A stretch of 60,858 nt of DNA, the filler included, from Guillardia theta CCMP2712 (lineage: Eukaryota > Protista > Cryptophyta), in NCBI RefSeq assembly GCF_000315625.1. It is 3 parts of 3 records of this genome, joined end to end, with 100 filler letters (N's around TTAATTAATTAA, not from the genome) between each part and the next. Parts side by side here need not be neighbours in the genome. Positions count along the whole stretch, not along the records: positions 44,423 to 60,858 come from NW_005434492.1; 2 more parts are not named here. One strand, written 5' to 3'. A program made the translations under genes and the position numbers. The notes below the pieces were generated by a model. It did no database searches and was not told where the DNA came from. It saw only the letters and a program-made list of their open reading frames with translations. Below are positions 48,300-60,858 of the stretch, one piece after another. The stretch's first letter is position 1; the number at the start of each line of letters is the position of its first letter.

Positions 48300-50003
48300 A
48301 GCCCCGAAAGCCTACACCTACTCCGCCCTCCTGCCTGACGACTAGTATCCTGCCCCGAAACCGGGCTGAGCCTACTCCGCCTCCTGCCTGACGGCTATCC
48401 AGGCTGCTCCGCCTCCTGCCTGTCGACTATCCTGACCCGACAGCCTGCTCCGCCTCCTGCCTGACGACTATCCTGACCCGACAGCCTGCTCCGCCTACTA
48501 TCCTGACCCGACAGTCTGCTCCGCCTCCCGCCTGACGACTATCCTGCCTCGACAGCCTGCTCCGCCTCCTGCCTGACGACTATCCTGACCCGACAGCCTG
48601 CTCAGCGGCTCCGCCTCCTGCCTGACGACTATCCTGACCCGACAGTCTGCTCCGCCTCCTGCCTGACGACTATCCTCCGCCTCCTGCCTGACGACTATCC
48701 TGACCCGGCAGCCTGCTCCGCCTCCTGCCTGACGACTATCCTCCGCCTCCTGCCTGACCGACTATCCTGACCCGGCAGCCTGCTCCGCCTCCTGCCTGAC
48801 GACTATACTGCCCCGACAGCCTGCTCCGCCTCCTGCCTGACGACTATCCTGACCCGACAGTCTGCTCCGCCTCCTGCCTGACGACTATACTGCCTCGACA
48901 GCCTGCTCCGCCTCCTGCCTGACGACTATCCTGACCCGACAGTCTGCTCCGCCTCCTGCCTGACGCCTATCCTGCCCCGACAGCCTGCTCCGCCTCCTGC
49001 CTGACGGCTATCCTGCCCCGACAGCCTGCTCCGCCTCCTGCCTGACGGCTATCCTGCCCCGACAGCCTGCTCCGCCTCCTGCCTGACGGCTATCCTGCCC
49101 CGACAGCCTGCTCCGCCTCCTGCCTGACGACTATACTGCCCCGACAGCCTGCTCCGCCTCCTGCCTGACGACTATCCTGCCCCGACAGCCTGCTCCGCCT
49201 CCTGCCTGACGACTATCCTGCCCCGACAGCCTGCTCCGCCTCCTGCCCTGACGGCTATCCTGACCCGACAGCCTGCTCCGCCTCCTGCCTGACGACTATA
49301 CTGACCCGACAGCCTGCTCCGCCTCCTGCCAGACGACTATCCTGCCCCGACAGCCTGCTCCGCCTCCTGCCTGACGGCTATCCTGCCCCGACAGCCTGCT
49401 CCGCCTCCTGCCTGACGACGGCTATCCTGCCCCAAATCCGGGCTGAGCCTGCTCCGCCTCCTGCCTGACGACTATCCTGACCCGACAGCCTGCTCCGCCT
49501 CCTGCCTGACGACTATCCTGCCCCGACAGCCTACTCCCCCTCCTGCCTGACGACGGCTATCCTGCCCCGAAACCGGGCTAAGCCTGCTCCGCCTCCTGCC
49601 TGACGACTATCCTGCCCCGACAGCCTGCTCCGCCTCCTGCCTGTCGACTATCCTGCCCCGACAGCCTACTCCGCCTCCTGTCTGACGACTATCCTGCCCC
49701 GACAGCCTGCTCCGCCTCCTGCCTGTCGACTATCCTGCCGCCCGACAGCCTGCTCCGCCTCCTGCCTGACGGCTATCCTGCCCCGACAGCCTGCTCCGCC
49801 TCCTGCCTGTCGACTATCCTGCCCCGACAGCCTGCTCCGCCTCCTGCCTGACGACTATACTGCCCCGACAGCCTGCTCCGCCTCCTGCCTGACGACTATC
49901 CTGCCCCGACAGCCTACTCCGCCTCCTGTCTGACGACTATACTGCCCCGACAGCCTGCTCCGCCTCCTGCCTGACGACTATCCTGACCCGACAGCCTGCT
50001 CCG
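48300..50003. repeat. ~1.7-kb minisatellite (~40-bp unit with variants) inside the MULE
   Basis: CCTGCTCCGCCTCCTGCCTGACGACTATCCTGCCCCGACAG repeated with substitutions and indels. Confidence 0.95.
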
Positions 50004-51646
50004 AGAATTGGGATGATTGTGTAGCTTGAACAATGTTCGTTGGTTGGTGATGTGATGTTTTTGTTTCAGACTTGCCCCCACGTCTGCGCTTCTTCGCATC
50101 GCAAGTGCGTTTGTTATGCCCCCGGCACTTGCAGATACTACATTGCTTCTTCGAACGGCCATTCACATTGTATTGCGTATCAAGACAATTTCCAGGTTCT
50201 GTGTCATTGTCATAACTGTAATCGTCCATTTCATCCATACTCTCGGGTTCTGACTCTGGCCGAGTAACCCTCCTTTCTCCCCGCCTGGGTTTTTTGCATT
50301 TGGGTACATAATCAGGGTCTCCTCTAGATGCCTTCCTGCCTTCCATCTGACCAGGTTTGCAATGTCTGGCCGGGTGATGACGGAATTCGTCATCATCAGC
50401 AGGGCTGAAGTCATGAATCAGTGGAATAATACCGACCTTGAAGCCTTCATTATCAGCGATGGCAGCAATCCAGGTATCTGCTAACCAACAGTTCTCGTAC
50501 TTCGAACATAACTGTCCAGTTTCACACTGGACGCAGTTGACGAGTATTGGCATTGAGCATATCTCGCCTGGGGTGCAAAGGATTAGCAATCATGACCGAG
50601 CGAAATGGAAGACATGCACCCAGTGTCGAGGCTCGATTTGGTCAAGGTACTCCCACGCCACTCGATCCATTTTCAACTTCAAGGCGAGCAATATAAATGT
50701 TATGCAGTGCAGCGGAGATGCCAGTGCGTTTTTTGAACAACTTCTGAATGACTTCGGCTGTCATACGTCGATGAACACTGCCTCCAATGTCCCTCCTGGA
50801 CCCTTCGGCGATAATAGAACGGAAAGGTTTGGAATGAACTAGATAACTCGCTCCGGCATTTCCCACGGAAGAGCACAATGTGCTATGGTATAGGGTGCTA
50901 TCCTCCATATTGATGGTAAACTTATCCTTTTTGTGTTGCTTGCCCCTCTTGACGATGACTGTGTACCTGAGAGAATGCAATGAGAGGAAACGACATGAAA
51001 GCAACAAGAATGATGCTCACGGGCATGTAGAGCAGGAGCAGCGCATGATATAGCCGGTCATGCCATGGAGTTTTTTGCTAGGAGTATTCTTGATTTGCTT
51101 GTTGTAATCCTTCAAGTTGATATGTTTAAGGAATCTTGTACATTCACGTCGTTTGGAGAACTGCAATCCGCGCAACGTCATGACATGGTCAGATGGAGGT
51201 TCCTTGTTGTATGATTCTGATTCAGATGAGGAGACACATTCGTCTTCACTAGTCCAAAAGCAGGAGGGCTCTTCCCCGATTGATATGGATTGATAGTTGT
51301 GGCTTGCACAACTATCATCTTCAGGCAAAGATGTGTCCGCTCCGTGAGGAAGCAACGGATCTGAAGGGTCATTCCATGTGTGAGGAAGGGGAGGTGATGA
51401 TAATGAAGAGGTCGGGGCATCGAAGATGAGGGCATAGAGCCGCTCGACACGCTGGATCAAGGACAATTGTTCGGGGGGTTTCATACCCAAGCAACGAAAT
51501 ACACGTTCAACAATGACAATGTACGACGCATTGGTAGGGAGGTCGAGCTCCAGCTCTTGTTTCACAGCACGTAGCTTGGCACTCATCCTGAGCCTCCTGG
51601 CCTTTGTCGAGCCTTCCTCTGCCTGCATTTCCCGCGCTGGGTACAA
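49978..51646 (-). pseudogene. MULE transposase remnant: N-terminal zinc-binding DNA-binding-like region, AWEYLDQIEPRHW motif and C-terminal CCHC knuckle; DDE core not seen
   Basis: LRGLQFSKRREC...YIMRC...CP/YTVIVK...H; out-of-frame VAWEYLDQIEPRHW at ~50590-50661; CSICKCRGHNKRTC. Confidence 0.75.
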
Positions 51647-52390
51647 CTAAATGTAAAATCGAAACGTTTGGTAGCGTTTTGTGCAACTTATTATAAAGCA
51701 CATAGTATGCAATGTATAAGTAATTATGAAAATTTTAAAGTATCGTGACCTGTCAGCAATCGCCCGAAATCTTTGATTTTTGTTGATTCACCTACCCTTG
51801 ATCTTTAGAAAACCCCTAAACCTACCTTAGAATTTTTGCTGAAAATCTTTTTCCCACTCAAAACTTTAATTGCCCGTACTACTACCCTACTAGTGACCCG
51901 GGCCAGCCTCGCCATCGGGTCGGTTCGCGCAAAATTCCGTTGGGAAGAGGGAGGGGTGGGGTCACATAGAGTGTACCTTCACCTTACTACCCGTATTTTT
52001 GTGCGCAAAGATAGGGGTATCATGACCCTAAGTACCCCCTGACGTCTGGACTGCAGAACCCGCCGTTTTAGAGTACCCCTCTCTCCTAAGCAGGACCCCT
52101 TCATGATAAGATACACCCTTTGCCAAGGGACCACCCCCCCCTTTCTGCATCATGGGGAACTATTTGAAAATATGGTAGTCATCGCCATTTAAATTTCATA
52201 GTTTAATTATTATTTTAAAGAAGAATATTTCAAATAATTACGATACATTGAGAACCTCTCAGGCATCTACCCTTGTAAATCACGACTTTGACTACCCCTA
52301 CCCCACTCAAAATGACCCCCTACTCCGTCTCTATCCTGCAGGATTCCCCGACAATGCAAGCTCATTTTGAGGCAGAGGTTGAGGGTGGGA

Positions 52391-52427
<37 letters not shown>

Positions 52428-52680
52428 GGATCAAGATCATCAGGAGGATCGAGAGGAGCAGGAGCAAGAGCAGAGGGAGCAGGAGGAGGAGCAGGGACAT
52501 GACAGGAGCAGGAAGGAAAGCGAGGCTTATTTAAGGTCAAAAGTAGGGAGAAAGCAATAGGACTCGAATGTATGATCAGGTCAGTGAGGTCAGTAGACAG
52601 GTCAGCTCAGCACAACAACACAGCACATCCGAACACTCCAGGAGTTGATGATACTTCATACACTCATGCGCTGACTGCAG

Positions 52681-54237
52681 ATGGTGCATACGCTGGATGG
52701 AAGCTCGAGATCAGAGACGTCCAACGATGCTCTTGCCGTGCGTAGCCCGTCGTTCAAGGGTACTCCTGTATCAAAGAAGCGAACGGGAGAAGCAGGAGCA
52801 GGAGGCTCGGCAAAGAAAGCGTCTCCGTACGGAGTGAGGAAAACAGAGTTGAAGAAAGTGAAGAGCTTCACAGAGAAAGAGCCGCTGTCGGTCATTCTCA
52901 ACGTCTATGATCTTGTATGGGATAGAGATTCGGAAGGAGGACGCAACGCGGGACTCGCAGATCTTGGCCTTGGCTTCTACCACACAGGCAGGATAAGACC
53001 TGTTAGACCTCTCGCGCTGACGGCGATGGCAGGGCTGGAAATCTGGGGGAAGGAGATTTCCTTTGGGCATAGCAGGAGATATCGCTCAGGCGTGTTCGCA
53101 GTGAAGCCCAAGAAAGCGCAGGAGTACATGCCTAACACAAGATACAAGATGTCGATAGAGATGGACAGCATCTTCATGTCTCGTCTGAGGTTCCCTTCCA
53201 TCTCCTCCTCCTTGCCACCTCCTCTCCTCGCCACCTCCTCTACTTCTCCTCCTCCTCCTCTCCTCCTCTCCTCCTCCTCTCCTTCTCCTTCTCCCCCTCC
53301 TCTACTCTCCTACTCTCCTCCTCCTCTCCTCTCTTCCTCTCCTCCTCCTCTCCTCCTCCTCCTCTCCTCTCCTCCTCTCCTCCTCCTCTCCTCCTCCTCT
53401 CCTCCTCCTCTCCTCCTCACCTCGTTTCCAGCATGGACAAGCTGCTCTGCAGGCTGGCCATGAAGTACACCTCTGACAGCTATGACGTCGTGAGGAACAA
53501 TTGCAATCACTTCACCGACGATCTGTGCATGGCGATATGCGGCAAGTCCATCCCAGAGTGGGTCAACCGCCCTGCGAGGATGGGAGCTTCGGCCCTCGAT
53601 GCCCTCCATGCTCCCCTCAAGGCCATGAACTCTTTGGTCAATATCTTCAGGACAGAGTCCGGATCGGTACGAATTGAAGGAGGAGATGTGAGGATGGCAA
53701 AAGAGGGGGAAGGGGGTTGGAGGAAGAGGAGAGGAGAGGAGAGGAGAGGAGAGGAGAGGAGAGGAGAGGAGAGGAGAGGAGAGGAGAGGAGAGGAGAGGA
53801 GGAGGAGAAGGAGGAGAAGGAGGAGAATTGAAAGTGTTTATCAGGAGAAGGAGCGCTCAATCGACCTCGAGCGGGAGATATCGAAGATCGCAGAAGTTCC
53901 TGTAAACGCAGAGAACATTTCCTCTAACCCCTCTCAATCTAAGGCCTTCGACACCTCTTCCTCCTCCTCTTCCTCCTCCTCCTCCTCAAGTGAGCAGTCG
54001 ATGAAAAGTTGGATCTCTTCGCAAGTTCCCGACACGTCTGTGATGATGGAGGAGAAGGAGAACAACATTAAGGTTATCATCTACTGCTGTCCTCAAGTTG
54101 GACGTGATTTCTCTTTTCAGGACAACACCATGTCCACCCCTCACAGAAGACAAGTCACCTGTGGAGCTGCTTCGACGAGCACGTCTAGTGAGGAGGAGCT
54201 GGAGGGATCAACCTCGCCCCCGCCTCCTTCGCTGTGA
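52681..54237 (+). CDS. PPPDE/DeSI family (C97) desumoylating/deubiquitinating isopeptidase
   Basis: VILNVYDL, GFYHT(G)LEIWGKEISFG, YDVVRNNCNHFTDDL, IPEWVNR; multi-exon; 3' end approximate. Confidence 0.88.
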
Positions 54238-54578
54238 GTCTTGAGGACCTTAGTCGTCTCCTCTCGCTGATTTGGCATCAAGGCTGGACAATGCTGTCAT
54301 ATCTCGCGGAGACGTTGAGAAGCTATCGCAGCGAGGATATACAGTCAAGGCAATCTGACGACTTTCCTTGTTTTATTCCTACTTGTGCTTGAGATTTATT
54401 CTTTTCTATATTACGCTGTTTTTGTATACAAATACGGGTGTGTTTAGCTTGCCGTATTACCAGTTCACATTTTCTCTTGTTGGTACCAGTCAATACTTCT
54501 GCTTCTCTTTCTTCCTCCCTCCGCCTCCATATCGTCTCGCCCATACACTCAGCCGGCGCTCTCGCTCTTCCTCCTCTG

Positions 54579-56450
54579 CTAGATCAGAATCTTCCCGTCT
54601 CCTACAGGAATTCCTCGTCCTGACTGCAGAGAGATGTTGGGATTCTTTTGACAGCTCCACAGATGTCCGTTATGCTCTCCACGATTCTGAATGTCCCTGA
54701 AGTAGAAGCCCTGAGGCCGATAGGGAGGGCAAGTGAACGTCTCATGGCACCAGAGGCAGCGGATCTCTGACAAGAGCCGTCACCATGTCATCCCATCGCA
54801 GAAGGGAGGGGGAGGGAGAGCAAATAGGTAGAAGAAGGCGAGAGAAAGGAGACGAGGAAAATGGTAGAGGAGGTGCCGGGACCTGTTCTACTGATGACGT
54901 TTGCGGTATCTTGACAATGGGTCTACCGATCGCATGTCAATCACGGAACAAGATCATCGCACTCTAAGCTCACATGCACTAATCGTATCATTTCTGCCAG
55001 CTCCTTAGCATGTAGCTCCGGATGCTTTTCTGGGTCGATCCCACGTGCTGACAACGGGGATCCTGCGGTCATCTCAGCCTCAAGACATCAGGTGAGACTC
55101 TTTCGTCCGCACCGATCGAGCTCCCGTTGCTCTGCCCTTGCCGTCTTGCTCGACTGCTTAGATTCCCTGGGGTGGCCTGGACTGAAATGTTGACCACTTT
55201 CCTCGCTGCAGAAGTGTTCAGAACCAGGGGCAAGTGAGAATGCGGAGCTACCTTCACTACACGGCGATCGCCCCAGGATCTCCCCGTCAATATCCCACTT
55301 CATCGATGTCACTTGTCGGAGAAACAACTTCGTACCATGATCTGACCTTGTTCATCGGTCTGGGAGGAGTCCAGAGGGTCTGAGGGGGCTGAACAGCTTG
55401 GTACTTGTTTGAATCAGTCGAGAAACCTTGACGCGATGTAAGCTGTTGCAAGGAGATGTCAAATTTGTCATACCGATGTCAGCCTTGACTCGAACGTCTT
55501 CCGGCTCCATCAGAAACACTGCGAGATAAAAGGTTTACCAGACTTCAACACCATGACAGCAACAGCTGCTGCAGATCTTATCAGGTGAAGTCATATCACA
55601 CCTCGGTCTAACTCCGGCTCGTCTTCTTTTGGGACACCCTTCGGCAGCCATGTCAGCTCCTCCCATACCACCATGGTCATACTGACCGGCCACTTCTCCT
55701 GCTCGCTGCCCTCGGAGCAAGACTCTGCAGGGGACGGACCTGGAGCATGTTTCATTCCTGCTGATCATCGCAGGTGTGCCTGACCTTTAGCAGGCGCAGG
55801 CTGATCGATGATCTTGATACGCCTGGAGCTCTCTTGATAGATAGCAGGCGATGAGAGCGGTAGGATCTGAATGTCCTTCCTGGTCGCCAAATTCTCCATG
55901 TCTGCAAGAGCTGGTCATCCGATCGCTGCAAGATGCTGAGAGCCTACCAGGTCCGCTGATGCTCGAGACTTTCTCTCTGGCAGATAGTTCTTCCTCCTCC
56001 CGATCTTGTGTGCTTCGAGACGTTTCACTCACATTACTTTATACCAGATGTTGTTTGGTTTTACCTTGCATTTTCTTCGTGCAGCGCGATTTTGTACTGC
56101 TGCAACGTTGCATTGTCTTGCTCTGCCCTGTGCTTATTGCACTGAGCATCAAGCTCTTCGAGCAATTCTTTGATTCTTTCCGCCAAGTCACATGCAAGGT
56201 TTGAACACAACCGCATGGTTTTACCGTCTTTGTTGGTTCTTGATCACAAACGCCATCACAACGATTCCTATGAGCGCAAGTACTGCGACTATGAAGGCAA
56301 CAAGGGCGAGGATGCCCTCAGTGTTCATCTTCCTTGGCTGCTTCTCACTTCTAGCGCCTGTCTGATGCACACCCTATCCGCACATATCTCAAAATGTTGT
56401 TGTCGTTCGCTCCAGGGCTTTTCGAGGTTCTCTGTCGCAGTCTCAGAGCT
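54579..56450 (-). CDS. Hypothetical multi-exon protein with a hydrophobic helix and a coiled coil (poorly defined)
   Basis: GILALVAFIVAVLALIGIVVMAFVI (~56245-56320) and ERIKELLEELDAQ segments; no recognisable family. Confidence 0.3.
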
Positions 56451-57908
56451 GGAGTCTTCAGCTGTGCTCAAGTTTCTCTTCTTCTAAGTTTCTATGACTG
56501 CATGTTGCAGTCAGGTATCACACCAACTGTCCCTCCCCCCTCATAACTCCGACCTCCATACCTGCATTTTCGCCACGGCGCGTACCCCACCCCGGGTCCG
56601 TTCACACCCCATCGAGTACCCTACCCATCTTTGCCTCCAACGTTCGCTACTTTCCTCACCCCCCCTCCTGTCCTTGTACAGCTAGGGTACCCTACTAGAG
56701 ACTTATTACCTCCACCCCCAAATCCCTCGCCGAGTCCGTGTCACTGAGGGCGCNNNNNNNNNNNNNNNNNNNNNNNNNNNNNNNNNNNNNNNNNNNNNNN
56801 NNNNNNNNNNNNNNNNNNNNNNNNNNNNNNNNNNNNNNNNNNNNNNNNNNNNNTAAAATCATACGAGGACAAATCAGGAGCCGCCAGCGGATGCGATGAT
56901 CGGACTCGCAGGACGCCACGACCGAGGCTCCCGGGCCCGGCGGTGGGGCCGCCGCGAGGCGCTCTCAGACGGTCGGCCGGCCCTAGTAGGCCCCGCCGCG
57001 GGCACGGCGGCGGCGCCGAAGGCCGGGCCGCCGCGGCCCCGGGCGCGGCGCGGCGGCACCCCGGCGACCGTCGGAGTCTCGGATTCACAGTCGGATCACA
57101 ACTCAGTGACTGTTCCCCGGGAAGTTCGGCTACTCCCGAGTGCCAGGCCGCGGCCGGGCCCCGGCCAGACTCTCAGGGCCGGCGAGGCTCGGCATTCAAA
57201 ACCGACTCGGATCGGACCCGGCCGCTCGTACCGTACTCCGGGCCGCGGCAGTACGGTAACGTACGGTAGTACTAACTAAAAGAGCTGACCGTTTCTAGCC
57301 GTTATTCGGATCTCCTTGAAAATCCACGGAAATAGCTTCAATAATGCGACATGGAGGGAGGGGAGGAAGAGGAGGGAGGAGAGGAATGCAGAGAGGGGTG
57401 AAGAAGGCGAGGACGTGCAGAGGAAGAATCAACATGAGAGACTGCGGCAGGAGGAAGGTCATTGAACAGGGAAGATAGGGTCGCAAGTTGCGAGATGAGA
57501 TGAGTTTCGCTGTTGTGACAGAAATTGAACTAGGCGGAGTCCAGAGCATTGCCAAGGCAAAGGAGGAAGAGAAGAAGGAGGAGCGAATCTTGCTTGAGGT
57601 TTGAAATGTCTGGATCCTCGTTTGCAATCATCTTGTTGCTGATCACAAGGCACAGGAGGAAATGGCCTCCGCGTATTGAATTTCCGTTTATCATGTCGAA
57701 CATCAACCTCCCTCAAGCTCTCCTCATCTGTTGTGCCATAACCTTGCTCTCCGCGGCATCTTCACATGTGAGTTGTGATCATGGACAGCATGGTGGCTCA
57801 ACCTTTGCAGGCTGCGGAGAAGAGAGGGCATGACCAGCCATACAGTCACACTGCCGATCATTCGCACGCCATGGAGGTGGGGCATGCTTCGAAATGCCTT
57901 GCGACTCT

Positions 57909-58018
57909 GCTCCTGCTATGAGATGATGTTACTCCTGCTATGAGATGATGTCGCTCCTGCTATGAGATGATGTCGCTCCTGCTATGAGATGATGTTGCTC
58001 CTGCTATGAGATGATGTT
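57909..58018. repeat. 22-bp tandem repeat, 5 copies
   Basis: CTCCTGCTATGAGATGATGT(TA/CG/TG). Confidence 0.9.
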
Positions 58019-58022
58019 TTTC

Positions 58023-60780
<2,758 letters not shown>

Positions 60781-60858
60781 TCTCCCTCCCTCCCTCCTCT
60801 CCCTCCCTCCTCTCCCTCCCTCCCTCCCTCCCTCCCTCCTCTCCCTTCCTCCCTCCCT

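Larger units (their letters stand above)
47942..51875 (-). mobile_element. Mutator-like (MULE) DNA transposon, internally deleted
   Basis: TIR GGGCAATTAAAGTTTTGAGTGGGAAAAAGATTTTCAGCA is a perfect 39-bp match extending imperfectly to ~57 bp at both ends. 10-bp TSD GTACTACTAC at 47932-47941 and 51876-51885. Internal transposase fragments. Confidence 0.9.

Overview
Eukaryotic, intron-rich draft-assembly DNA: ~45-75 nt GT-AG introns, many microsatellites, TTTAGGG tracts, N gaps, and two artificial TTAATTAATTAA linkers. The style suggests a cryptophyte alga such as Guillardia or Hanusia (inference only). Host genes: a giant (>4,300 aa) cysteine-rich single-pass surface protein with EGF-like, IPT/TIG, REJ, GPS-like and GCC2/TNFR-like repeats; a small spliced gene missed by the ORF track; two tandem PH-domain + single-domain voltage-gated channel genes (EF-hand visible in one copy); several poorly defined coiled-coil/TPR genes; a PX protein; an SDR; ELP1 (cut by a gap); and a DeSI/PPPDE peptidase. 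The most striking element is a non-LTR retrotransposon at ~39.4-44.3 kb. It sits directly behind TTTAGGG tracts interleaved with 19/20-bp tandem repeats, has an RRM-like ORF1 joined to ORF2 by a UAAUG stop-start overlap, and its ORF2 carries a Ulp1-like protease followed by an APE endonuclease. A decayed, scrambled relative at ~34.3-35.3 kb shows a CCHC + restriction-like endonuclease (RLE) C-terminus, suggesting a telomeric-repeat-associated dual-endonuclease (Dualen-like) family. A 3.9-kb internally deleted Mutator-like element with TIRs, a 10-bp TSD and an internal 1.7-kb minisatellite lies at 47,942-51,875.
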